Shown here: positions 7,943-16,660 of the stretch, piece by piece | How the letters are laid out: the number at the start of each line of letters is the position of its first letter | Numbering within the stretch: the first letter of the stretch is position 1 | NCBI GenBank assembly: GCA_016204995.1 | Contig: JACQJR010000001.1 | Coordinates: 435,132-471,665 of the forward strand | DNA length: 36,534 nucleotides | Reading direction: 5' to 3' | From: Candidatus Microgenomates bacterium | Lineage (GTDB): Bacteria; Patescibacteriota; Microgenomatia; UBA8517; JACQJR01 | The notes under the pieces: generated by a model | The model's database searches: none | What the model was told of the DNA's origin: nothing | The model's input: the letters and a program-made list of their open reading frames with translations, nothing else | Translations under genes and position numbers: made by a program

Positions 7943-8959
7943 TTAACTAGTTAGTTGCTTAGCTTCTTGACTGGCATCTTCTCCCAAATTGCCCGTTGAG
8001 GTAATTTTCTGTCCTAATTGCGAAAAGCTGGTGGTTACTTGAGACATCATATTATAAGCGTTATTAAGATGTTTGCCTAAAACCCCTAAATTATCATCTA
8101 CTTTGACATAATCTTTTTGGATCGCGCGGATGGCTTGTAAAATTTCCCGGGCTTTCTGTTCAATTTTTTGTCCCTCAAAACTCATTAAAATGGCCCGTAA
8201 ATAGGCATAAAAAGTGGTGGGAGAAACAGGCAACACCCGCATTTGATGAGAATAATCCAATAAATTCTGATCACCATTAATCACTTCGTAATAAACCGCC
8301 TCTGATGGAATATACATCAAAGCATAATCAATAGTCCCTTCATCAGTTAGAATGTATTTTTTGGCAATATCATCAATGTGTTTTTTAATATCGCGACTAA
8401 ATTCTTTTTGCAGATTCTTCTTTTCGCTTTCTGTAACAGCCGCTGCCATTTTGCGATAATTTTCCATGGGGAATTTGGAGTCTACCGGAATAATACCAGC
8501 CGCCGTTTTAATGGCCGCATCAACTATCGTGCCATTTTTAAAACCATATTGGATATGAAAGGACTGTTTGGGCAGCATTTGACCTAATAATTCTTTTAAA
8601 ACCTGCTCGCCGATATTACCTCGCAACTTGGGACTTCTTAAAAATTCCTGTAAATCTTTCATGGAACGGCCGATTTCACTCATCTCGCCGACGTTTTTCT
8701 GCAAGCTGGCAATAACCCTGGCCGCCGAATCAAGCCTTTCATTTAGAGATTGAGTGTTTTTGGCTAAACTATCTAATAAAACTTTTCTATCTTCTTTGGA
8801 GCCGCTTTGCAGCATTTTAATAATTTCCAATAATTCTTCCGAGGGCTTTTGATTTTGGGCCAGTTGGGAGAATTTACGGCTAAGAAGAATAAATAAAAAG
8901 CCTAGGCCGGCCAGCATTGCAATGACGACGAGCAGAGCGTCTTGAGTCATAAGTGCCAT
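7943..8959 (-). CDS. rmuC: DNA recombination protein RmuC
   Basis: An N-terminal TM helix and coiled coil are followed by RmuC-domain strings IPVDSKFPMENY, ALMYIPSEAVYYE and VLPVSPTTFYAYLRAI. Confidence 0.85.
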   Translation of the reverse strand: MALMTQDALLVVIAMLAGLGFLFILLSRKFSQLAQNQKPSEELLEIIKMLQSGSKEDRKVLLDSLAKNTQSLNERLDSAARVIASLQKNVGEMSEIGRSMKDLQEFLRSPKLRGNIGEQVLKELLGQMLPKQSFHIQYGFKNGTIVDAAIKTAAGIIPVDSKFPMENYRKMAAAVTESEKKNLQKEFSRDIKKHIDDIAKKYILTDEGTIDYALMYIPSEAVYYEVINGDQNLLDYSHQMRVLPVSPTTFYAYLRAILMSFEGQKIEQKAREILQAIRAIQKDYVKVDDNLGVLGKHLNNAYNMMSQVTTSFSQLGQKITSTGNLGEDASQEAKQLTS

Positions 8960-8992
8960 TGTAGCGGCGAAGTTGTAAAATGTAAATATAGC

Positions 8993-9238
8993 ATGAGAAA
9001 ACGTCGCCCGCTTAACTTAAAAACTGTTATCACCACCATCTTGCTATGGATAATAATTGCCGGCCTGGTATTTTTCGTCTCACCCACTGTTTTTCTAGCT
9101 ATTCCTTTATTTTTCTTAATCTTTTTTATGGTGGTCTTATTTACCGTTACCCTTTTTACTACCAAAATTATCGGATTAATCACCGCTATCATACTTACAA
9201 CCATCTTATTTTTGCGTTTTTTAGGATTAACTTTTTAA
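8993..9238 (+). CDS. Small hydrophobic membrane protein (hypothetical)
   Basis: ATG at 8993 inside ORF 8942..9238. MRKRRPLNLK is followed by three predicted TM stretches. The antisense ORF 8947..9204 looks less protein-like. Confidence 0.5.
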   Translation: MRKRRPLNLKTVITTILLWIIIAGLVFFVSPTVFLAIPLFFLIFFMVVLFTVTLFTTKIIGLITAIILTTILFLRFLGLTF

Positions 9239-9291
9239 TCAATTGAAACTACTATATTGACTAATTAAAAGACCTTTGCTAGTGTGTAAAT

Positions 9292-9645
9292 GTGAGAGTC
9301 TCCAAAAGAAAAGTTAACCGTATTTTGGAAAATGAACTGACTTCTATGCTTTATCAACTTTTGGCTGATTTAAAAACTAAGCAGGAAGTGGAAATTGTCT
9401 TAAAAGATTTTTTGGGAGAAACTGAAGTAAAAACCTTTGCCAAACGGATGGGGATTGCCTATTGGCTCTCCAAAGGCAGAAGCGTTGCTAACATCCGTGA
9501 TAATTTAGCCGTTTCCTCTGCCACTATTGAAACAGTCAAAAACCAGATGAAAAAATCGGCTGGTTTTGACTTGGCCCTGAAAAAAATTTCTGCTGATGAA
9601 TGGGCCACGGTCTGGTCCGAAAAAATCAAAAAATTCGTCAAGTAA
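9292..9645 (+). CDS. TrpR-like / YerC-YecD family helix-turn-helix protein
   Basis: 117 aa with a GTG start. FAKRMGIAYWLSKGRSVANIRDNLAVSSATIETVKN matches the YerC/YecD pattern (R..va..L..G.sy..I....g.S.ATIsRV). Confidence 0.65.
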   Translation: MRVSKRKVNRILENELTSMLYQLLADLKTKQEVEIVLKDFLGETEVKTFAKRMGIAYWLSKGRSVANIRDNLAVSSATIETVKNQMKKSAGFDLALKKISADEWATVWSEKIKKFVK

Positions 9646-9681
9646 AGCCTTTCTCTCCTCTTTCTAGTATAATTAGACATC

Positions 9682-11106
9682 ATGGATAAAAAGTTTTATA
9701 TTACCACGGCTATTCCTTATGTGAATGACGCCCCCCATATTGGCCATGCCTTGGAGTTTGTCCAAGCAGATACAGTGGCCCGTTATCATCGGCTTTTAGG
9801 AGAAGATGTTACTCTTCTATCCGGCGCTGATGAAAATGCTTTAAAAAATGTGCGGGCGGCAGAGCAAGCGGGAATTGAAACACAAACTTTTGTAGATAAA
9901 AATGCCAAGTTATTTCAAAACCTAGCTGAAAAATTAGGGGTTCAATTTGATATTTTCCAAAAAGGTAGTGACCAAGAACATCACTATCCCTCTAGTCAAA
10001 AACTATGGCAGTTATGCCAAGAAAATGGCGATATTTATAAAAAAAGCTACACAGGCCTTTATTGCGTGGGCTGTGAGGCATTTTATACCCCAGAGGAATT
10101 AAATGATAAAGGCGAGTGCTTTGAGCATCCTGGTAAAAAATTAGAAGAACTAAAAGAAGAAAATTATTTCTTTAAGTTATCTAAATACCAAGATCAATTA
10201 ATTAATCTAATTGAAAGTGATCAATACAAAATCATCCCAGAATTTCGTAAAAAGGAAATTTTATCCTTTCTTAAAAGCGGCCTGCAAGATATTAGTATTT
10301 CCCGCACCAACGAACGGGCTAAAAACTGGGGCGTGCCAGTTCCCAATGATCCAAATCAAAGAATTTATGTTTGGTTTGATGCTTTAAATATTTATCAAAG
10401 CGGCATTGGTTTTGGCTGGGATGAAGAAAAATATAAAAAGTGGTGGCCAGCGGATTTACATGTTATCGGCAAGGGTATTATTCGTTTCCATGCTGTCTAT
10501 TGGCCAGCTTTTTTATTATCGGCTAAACTTGCTTTGCCTAAAAAATTATTTGTCCATGAATATTTAACTGTTGATGGCCAAAAGATGTCCAAAACCATCG
10601 GCAACGTTTTTGATCCTCTGCCTTTGATAGAAAAATATGGAGCCGACAGCGTTCGCTATTATCTATTAGCTCGCGTTTCACCTTTTGCTGACGGTAATTT
10701 TTCCGCAGAGAAATTTAAGGAGGTTTATAACGCCGATTTAGCTAACGGATTAGGTAACTTAGTCTCTCGCGTGGCTAAGCTTTGCGAGCAACATAATATT
10801 AAAGCAAGCACACCATCAAATGTCTGGTGTACGGATTTGGAAAAATTTATGGGGGAATTTAAGTTTAATGAAGCCATCGGCGTAATTTGGCAACTAATTC
10901 ACGAGGCAGATAAAAAAATTAATGAAGATAAACCCTGGGAATTATCAACTGAACAAGTCAAACCCATCCTGGAGGATTTGGTAAATATAATTCAAGCTAT
11001 TGCCTATAACTTAAAACCATTCTTGCCAGAGACAGCAGAAAAGATAACCAAACAATTTTCCGGTCAAATTAAATCCGGCCCGCCCCTATTTCCTCGCCTC
11101 CAGTAA
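9682..11106 (+). CDS. metG: Methionyl-tRNA synthetase (short form, no C-terminal tRNA-binding appendix)
   Basis: IPYVNDAPHIGHAL (HIGH motif), CVGCEAF knuckle and QKMSKTIGN (KMSKS motif). Confidence 0.95.
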   Translation: MDKKFYITTAIPYVNDAPHIGHALEFVQADTVARYHRLLGEDVTLLSGADENALKNVRAAEQAGIETQTFVDKNAKLFQNLAEKLGVQFDIFQKGSDQEHHYPSSQKLWQLCQENGDIYKKSYTGLYCVGCEAFYTPEELNDKGECFEHPGKKLEELKEENYFFKLSKYQDQLINLIESDQYKIIPEFRKKEILSFLKSGLQDISISRTNERAKNWGVPVPNDPNQRIYVWFDALNIYQSGIGFGWDEEKYKKWWPADLHVIGKGIIRFHAVYWPAFLLSAKLALPKKLFVHEYLTVDGQKMSKTIGNVFDPLPLIEKYGADSVRYYLLARVSPFADGNFSAEKFKEVYNADLANGLGNLVSRVAKLCEQHNIKASTPSNVWCTDLEKFMGEFKFNEAIGVIWQLIHEADKKINEDKPWELSTEQVKPILEDLVNIIQAIAYNLKPFLPETAEKITKQFSGQIKSGPPLFPRLQ

Positions 11107-11116
11107 TCAAAACATG

Positions 11117-11175
11117 GTCCGACCTGCGCTTCGCCAAAGGCTTCGGCAAGACGAGTCGTCACCTATTTTGTCAAC
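11117..11175 (+). terminator. GC-rich imperfect palindromic element downstream of metG (possible terminator; related to the 17672-17901 island)
   Basis: GGTCCGACCTGCGCTTCGCCAAAGGCTTCGGCAAGACGAGTCGTCACC followed by TATTTTGTC. Contains a GACGAGTCGTC palindrome, a C(TTCG)G tetraloop motif, and GCGAAGC on the minus strand. The pairing is imperfect. Confidence 0.35.
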
Positions 11176-11237
11176 TTAAAACGTATTTAGTGGAATTATA
11201 GCACTTTTCCACATCTCATAGTAGGAAGTGGGCAAAT

Positions 11238-12782
11238 TTGCCTAAAAAGGGAAGCTGGGCTACAATTAAAGCTATGGTTAGACGACTTTTAGACAGACAT
11301 GAATCAATTTTTCAAAGAGCTTTAGAGATTTTGCCCGGTAGTTTAGCTTGGGGAATTATTCTATTTCCGGCTATTGGCGGCTTCTTCTTCCCCCAAACTG
11401 TGGCTTATGCTGTTTTGATCTTCCTGGCTTACTGGTTTTACCGCTCTTTTCAATCAGCCATTTTAGGTATCAGGGGCTATTTTCTCTTAAAACAATGGGA
11501 AAATACTGATTGGTTAGCAGAGTGGAAGAAATCTTCTTATGACCAAAAACTCAACTTTAACGAAATCTATCACGTAGTGATTATTCCTAATTACAATGAA
11601 AGCGCAGAAAAAATTGCCGGCACTTTAACCTCACTGGCTAGCCAAAAGCAAATTAACCTCAAGCGAATGATCATATTTTTAGCCATGGAAAAACGGGCCG
11701 AAGACGCCAAAGAGCGGGCTGATTATCTGATTAAGGAATTCAAAACTAAATTTGGCGGCCTTTATGCCACATATCATCCTGACAATATTCCTGGCGAAGT
11801 TCGCGGCAAAGCTTCCAACGAAACCTGGGCTGCCAAAGTAGCCGAAAAGACTCTCGCCAAACGCAAAATCAAAATGGATAAGGTAACTGTCACTAGCTGC
11901 GATGCTGATACTAATTTCCATGCCCTATATTTTGCCTCTCTTACTTACCATTTTGCGGTCAATCCCGAGCACTACGTCCGTTTTTGGCAATCACCAATTT
12001 TCTGGTATAACAATTTAGCCCAAGTACCTTTCCCCATTAGAATTGTGGGGGTGATCGGCCATGCTATTCATTTGGCCTCTCTGCAAGAACCAACCAAGCT
12101 AATTTTTAATTACTCCTGCTATTCTTTATCTTTTAAACTGGTCCGCCAAGTCGGCTATTGGCATACTGATATTATTCCGGAAGACTGGCATCTATTTTTA
12201 CAAACCTTTTTTGCCACCTCCGGCCAGGTGGAAGTCCAACCAATTTTCCTGCCGACTAATATTGATGCCGCCCAATCTAAAACCTGGCTGGGATCTTTAA
12301 AAAATAGATACGAACAATGTAAAAGACATGCATGGGGAGCCAGTGATATACCCTACGCCGTCAAAGAAGCGATTCGTCATCCGGAAATTCCGCTCTCGGC
12401 TCGGATTTTACGCATTTATAAATTAATTGAAACCCATTTAATCTGGTCCACCAACTGGTTTATTTTAACTCTCGGTGCCACCCTGCCGGTTATTTTAAAT
12501 CCGGCTTTTGCCAGAACGGCTTTAGGCTATAACTTACCAAAATTATCCCAATTTATCTTAACAGTCTGTCTGATCGCGCTGCTAGTTATGATTGTAATTG
12601 ATCTGGTGCTGCGGCCAAAGTATGCCAGACCAGCTTCCATTTTTGCCGTCATCCGGGAAGTTTTACAATGGGTCAGCTTGCCGATAGCTACTCTTTTTAT
12701 GTCAGTTCTGCCCGGCCTTGATGCTCATACCCGCTTACTATTGGGCCGCCGGCTGGAATATCGGGTGACAGAAAAAGTTTAA
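11238..12782 (+). CDS. Membrane-embedded family-2 glycosyltransferase (processive synthase-like)
   Basis: TTG start with AGGAAG 9 nt upstream. VIIPNYNES (GT-A start), SCDADT (DxD) and a EQCKRHAWG QxxRW-like motif, with flanking TM helices. Confidence 0.75.
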   Translation: MPKKGSWATIKAMVRRLLDRHESIFQRALEILPGSLAWGIILFPAIGGFFFPQTVAYAVLIFLAYWFYRSFQSAILGIRGYFLLKQWENTDWLAEWKKSSYDQKLNFNEIYHVVIIPNYNESAEKIAGTLTSLASQKQINLKRMIIFLAMEKRAEDAKERADYLIKEFKTKFGGLYATYHPDNIPGEVRGKASNETWAAKVAEKTLAKRKIKMDKVTVTSCDADTNFHALYFASLTYHFAVNPEHYVRFWQSPIFWYNNLAQVPFPIRIVGVIGHAIHLASLQEPTKLIFNYSCYSLSFKLVRQVGYWHTDIIPEDWHLFLQTFFATSGQVEVQPIFLPTNIDAAQSKTWLGSLKNRYEQCKRHAWGASDIPYAVKEAIRHPEIPLSARILRIYKLIETHLIWSTNWFILTLGATLPVILNPAFARTALGYNLPKLSQFILTVCLIALLVMIVIDLVLRPKYARPASIFAVIREVLQWVSLPIATLFMSVLPGLDAHTRLLLGRRLEYRVTEKV

Positions 12783-12806
12783 GATTTCTGCTAAACTGTA
12801 ATATAT

Positions 12807-14273
12807 ATGAGAAAGCTGGCCAGTCATCTCTCTTGGACTCCTTATATTCCCACTTGGCTTTGTGTGTTATTAACCATTATCTTTGTCTTGCGTATTCCCA
12901 CCTTTTTTGAGCCTTACTGGTACGGCGATGAAGCTATTTCTCTGGCGGTGGGGAATGCACTTACTAAAGGTCTTCTACTTTATCAAGGTATCTATGATAA
13001 TAAACCACCCCTGTTGTATCTGGTGGCGGCCATAGCCGGCAATTTATTCTGGTTTAAGGTAATTTTAGCTTTTTGGCATTTAGCCACCATCTATCTTTTC
13101 CATCGCTTGGCTAAGATATTATTTGAGAAAAATAATCAGCTGGTTAAAATTGCCACGGTTGTTTTTGCCATCTTAACCACCCTGCCTTTACTGGAAGGCC
13201 ATATTGCTAACGGCGAGATCTTTATGATTGGACCTATCATTGGTGCCTTCGCACTCCTGGCAACTGGCAAAGTCAAAACCACTACTATTTTCTGGGCCGG
13301 AGTCATGGCGGGAACGGGGATTTTATTTAAAGTCCCGGCCGCTTTGGATCTGGGAGCGATTATTATTCTTTTTATCAGCGATAAAAAACAATGGCTTAAT
13401 AAAACTTTCTTCTTATCTGTCGGTGTTTCAGCACCTATCCTCATGACAATATTTTTCTTTGCAGCTAAAAGCGCTTTGGGAGATTACATTACCTCTGCTT
13501 TCTTAAACACTTTAGGTTATTTGTCATCCTGGCGGGGTGAAGACGGAGACTTCTTGACACATAACCAACCACTGGTCATGCGAGGCTTAATAGTAATTAT
13601 TACCAGTTTTATTTTGTTCATGGTTTATCAAAAAAAGAAAATATCCCGACCGGCCTTTTTTGTCTCTCTCTGGTTTGTCTTTTCTCTTTTTGGAGCACTT
13701 CTGTCAGAACGTCCCTACCCTCATTATTTAATCCAAGTTGCTCCAAGCTTTGCCTTTTTAACCGCCTTAATGGTTACTGCTAAGACTCGTGAGCAATTTT
13801 TACCCTTTCCTTTATTTAGCCTTCTGGGTGCCGCCTTGATTTTCTATAAATTCAACTATTACGCAATCACGCCCTATTATCAGAACTTTGTGGGTTGGTT
13901 GGCTGGTAAATATGACCAAAATACTTATTTTGGAAACTTTGACGCTAAAACGCCTACTACCTATCAAGTCGCCCGTTTCCTAACTAACAATAGTTATCAG
14001 GAGGATCACTTATTTGTCTGGGGAGATCATCCGGAAATTTATGCTTTAACTAAAATGACCCCGGCCACTAAATATATAGTGGCTTACCATGTGCGGGAAC
14101 TAAACAAGTTTGACTATGTAGCCAAAATTTTGGCCGAAAATCCGCCTCGCTTTATTGTTACCACTTTACCTAGTCCTGATTTCCCCCAGCTTGACGCTTT
14201 GTTGTCTAATCATTATCTGGCTGTTTCCCAGTTAGACAACGCCACCATCTGGCTCTATCTGAAAAATAATTAA
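12807..14273 (+). CDS. GT-C glycosyltransferase, family 39/83-like (ArnT/PMT-type)
   Basis: Polytopic membrane protein. The first loop is YWYGDEAISLAVGNAL...YDNKPPLLYL, as in ArnT/PMT-like enzymes. Confidence 0.7.
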   Translation: MRKLASHLSWTPYIPTWLCVLLTIIFVLRIPTFFEPYWYGDEAISLAVGNALTKGLLLYQGIYDNKPPLLYLVAAIAGNLFWFKVILAFWHLATIYLFHRLAKILFEKNNQLVKIATVVFAILTTLPLLEGHIANGEIFMIGPIIGAFALLATGKVKTTTIFWAGVMAGTGILFKVPAALDLGAIIILFISDKKQWLNKTFFLSVGVSAPILMTIFFFAAKSALGDYITSAFLNTLGYLSSWRGEDGDFLTHNQPLVMRGLIVIITSFILFMVYQKKKISRPAFFVSLWFVFSLFGALLSERPYPHYLIQVAPSFAFLTALMVTAKTREQFLPFPLFSLLGAALIFYKFNYYAITPYYQNFVGWLAGKYDQNTYFGNFDAKTPTTYQVARFLTNNSYQEDHLFVWGDHPEIYALTKMTPATKYIVAYHVRELNKFDYVAKILAENPPRFIVTTLPSPDFPQLDALLSNHYLAVSQLDNATIWLYLKNN

Positions 14274-14281
14274 AATTATAT

Positions 14282-14704
14282 ATGAAACCCCCCAAATTTA
14301 ACTTTCAAAATCTTTCCGGAGAAATTAGCTCCCGCTATAACCGGGCCACGGCCGCCACTAATTTAAACCGGTTAGGCAATAAATTTGTGGTCAATTCGGT
14401 AGTGGCCAGCGCCGGCTTAATTATCGCTTTGCTGCTACTGATCGTTTTAACCAGCAGCCGTCTGCCACCGCAAGTACCCCTTTTTTACAGTTTGCCCTGG
14501 GGGGAAGAACAACTAGCTGCTAAAACTACAATGCTCGCGGTGCCATTGGTATCTATAGCTACTTTGGCTATCAGCATGATATTGTCACGCCTTTTGACTC
14601 GTGACATTTTCATTTTAAGGCTGCTGTGGCTGGGATGTTTATTTACCATCACACTAGGCTTAATCACCGTAGCTAGAATTATTTTATTGGTAGGTATTTT
14701 TTGA
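14282..14704 (+). CDS. Small membrane protein (hypothetical)
   Basis: 140 aa with 3-4 hydrophobic helices. Tightly packed between glycosyltransferase genes. Confidence 0.5.
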   Translation: MKPPKFNFQNLSGEISSRYNRATAATNLNRLGNKFVVNSVVASAGLIIALLLLIVLTSSRLPPQVPLFYSLPWGEEQLAAKTTMLAVPLVSIATLAISMILSRLLTRDIFILRLLWLGCLFTITLGLITVARIILLVGIF

Positions 14705-14705
14705 T

Positions 14706-15770
14706 ATGCTGATTACTCCCCTAGCAGTATCTTTTTTAGTGGCTCTGGCTGTCACCCCTCTGGTTATTAAGTACGCCCGTACTTTGGGCGTGATGGATGA
14801 TCCCCAAAAACGTCCTCATCCGGCCACCTTACACCGCCAGCCTGTGGCTCGTGGTGGCGGTATTCCCATTTTTTTGGCGGTTTTAGCTGGCATGGTAATT
14901 TTTTTACCGTGGGATTTAAAATTAGTCGGTATCGCATCCGGAGCTCTAGTCACTTTAATCGTCGGCCTAGCCGATGATCGCCGGGATATTCCTCCGATTG
15001 CCCGACTGTTTGCCAATTTCCTGGCGGCGCTCCTGGTGGTTTATGCCGGCATTACCATCCCTTTTGTGACTAACCCCTTAGGCGGCATTATTCATTTGGC
15101 TAATCCCGACTTGACTTTGCGGCTAGGAGAAACCGAAATAGTGGTCGGATGGCTGGCTATTATCGCCACCATTATTTGGATTATGGCCATTACCAACATT
15201 GTCTCCTGGTCCTCGGGAGTAGATGGACAACTGGCCGGTTTTGTACCGATTGCCGCCGCGACCATTGGGGCGCTTTCTCTGCGTTTTGGCAATGACTTTA
15301 CCCAATGGCCAGTCATTATTTTGTCACTGGCGGTTGCTGGTAGTTTTTTAGGATTTTTATTCTGGAGTGTTTATCCGCAAAAAATCATGCCTGGCTACAG
15401 CGGAGGCGCCTTGGCTGGCTATTTTCTAGCGGTGCTGGCTATTATTTCCGGCGCCAAGCTGGCCACAGCTATCATTGTGCTAGGCATTCCTATTATGGAT
15501 GCCATTTTTTCCATTTTGCGTCGCCTCGTCCATAAACGTTCTCCTTTTTGGGGCGACGCCGGCCATCTACATCATAGGCTCCTGGCTATTGGCTGGAGCA
15601 AGAAAAAAGTAGCGGCTTTTTATTGGCTGGTGGCGGCAGTATTGGGAATGTTAGCTATTCATTTGAATAGTCAGGCCAAACTCTATACAATCATTATGTT
15701 AGTGGTCGGCGTTGGAGGATTATTACTATGGCTAACCAAACTATCGCGCTTATTCGAGCCGCCAGAGTAA
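14706..15770 (+). CDS. Polyprenyl-phosphate sugar-1-phosphate transferase, MraY/WecA family (GT4)
   Basis: MDDPQKRPHPATLHRQPVARGGGIPIF, GLADDRRDIPP, NIVSWSSGVDGQLAG and GDAGHLHHRLL. Confidence 0.85.
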   Translation: MLITPLAVSFLVALAVTPLVIKYARTLGVMDDPQKRPHPATLHRQPVARGGGIPIFLAVLAGMVIFLPWDLKLVGIASGALVTLIVGLADDRRDIPPIARLFANFLAALLVVYAGITIPFVTNPLGGIIHLANPDLTLRLGETEIVVGWLAIIATIIWIMAITNIVSWSSGVDGQLAGFVPIAAATIGALSLRFGNDFTQWPVIILSLAVAGSFLGFLFWSVYPQKIMPGYSGGALAGYFLAVLAIISGAKLATAIIVLGIPIMDAIFSILRRLVHKRSPFWGDAGHLHHRLLAIGWSKKKVAAFYWLVAAVLGMLAIHLNSQAKLYTIIMLVVGVGGLLLWLTKLSRLFEPPE

Positions 15771-16660
15771 CACACTGGGTAAAAAATCTGGCCTTGTTTG
15801 CGGCTCTGGTTTTCTCCGGCCGCCTTTTTATCCAAGAAGAATTTCTAATTACCCTGTGGGCAGTTTTTATTTTCAGTCTAACCTCAAGCTCTATTTATTT
15901 TTTCAATGATGTGGTTGATTTGGAAGCAGACAAGCTTCATCCGGTCAAGCACAAAAGACCAATCGCTCAAGGATTAATCTCCTCTCCTAATGCCTTATTT
16001 ATTTCGTGTCTTTTGGCCATCACCTCTTTGTTTTTAGCCTCTTTTATTTCCTTCTTTTTCTTTTTGGCCATTGGGGCCTATCTAACTCTGCAGGTAATCT
16101 ATACCTTGTTTCTCAAGAAAATAGCCGTGGTGGATATTTTAGCTATTGCCGCCGGATTTTTTCTGCGCATCTGGGCGGGAGCTTTCGTCATTAATATTCA
16201 CATGTCGGTTTGGTTTTTGCTGTGCGTCATCTCGGTTTCCCTTTTTCTGGCTGCCGGCAAAAGAAGAGCCGAACTCACTATTCTTGCTCAATTCAACAAA
16301 GCCAAAAAAATGATTTATCCTAAAGCGCCGCTGGATTCATATCTGACCATGTTTGGCACAGCCGCCTGGATGTCCTGGGCTTTATTTACCTTTTTTGCAC
16401 CCTCGCCAACCATCATAGAAGAACCACTACCCACTCTGCGCACCGAACTTTTACCTGTGACTATTGCCAGTATTGAAAAATGGCTGATGATTACCATCCC
16501 GGTGGTAATTTTTGGCATTATGCGCTATCTCTATATTACCTATACCACTGATCTGGCTGGCAGCCCGGAACGGACTTTAGTACGAGATAAACCTCTGTTA
16601 GTATCCACTCTGCTATGGGGATTTTTAGTGGTAGTAATTTTATATTTTCTGCCTAGTTAA
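15728..16660 (+). CDS. UbiA-family prenyl-phosphate phosphoribosyltransferase (decaprenyl-phosphate phosphoribosyltransferase-like)
   Basis: IRAARVTHWVKNLALF and YFFNDVVDLEADKLHPVKHKRPIAQG (NDxxDxxxD motif), with about 8 TM helices. Overlaps the upstream gene by 43 nt. Confidence 0.8.
   Translation: MANQTIALIRAARVTHWVKNLALFAALVFSGRLFIQEEFLITLWAVFIFSLTSSSIYFFNDVVDLEADKLHPVKHKRPIAQGLISSPNALFISCLLAITSLFLASFISFFFFLAIGAYLTLQVIYTLFLKKIAVVDILAIAAGFFLRIWAGAFVINIHMSVWFLLCVISVSLFLAAGKRRAELTILAQFNKAKKMIYPKAPLDSYLTMFGTAAWMSWALFTFFAPSPTIIEEPLPTLRTELLPVTIASIEKWLMITIPVVIFGIMRYLYITYTTDLAGSPERTLVRDKPLLVSTLLWGFLVVVILYFLPS

Noticed and set aside
1576-8959. pcrA-like helicase, TA pair, helicase-nuclease and RmuC considered as an anti-phage defence island (for example Gabija-like, since GajB is a UvrD helicase)
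   Set aside because: There is no OLD/ATPase-type GajA partner, methyltransferase, restriction, Sir2/TIR or other defence effector. All components apart from the TA pair have ordinary housekeeping repair or recombination signatures and normal compositional context.
8947-9204. 85-aa minus-strand ORF overlapping the small membrane-protein gene
   Set aside because: The plus-strand frame gives a coherent positive-inside multi-TM protein co-directional with the downstream genes. The minus-strand product is a K/I/V-rich mirror frame.
9646-9681. T-box or other riboswitch leader upstream of metG (and likewise upstream of valS at 29985-29989)
   Set aside because: The intergenic gaps are only 36 nt and 5 nt, far too short for a T-box (about 200 nt or more) or any known riboswitch.
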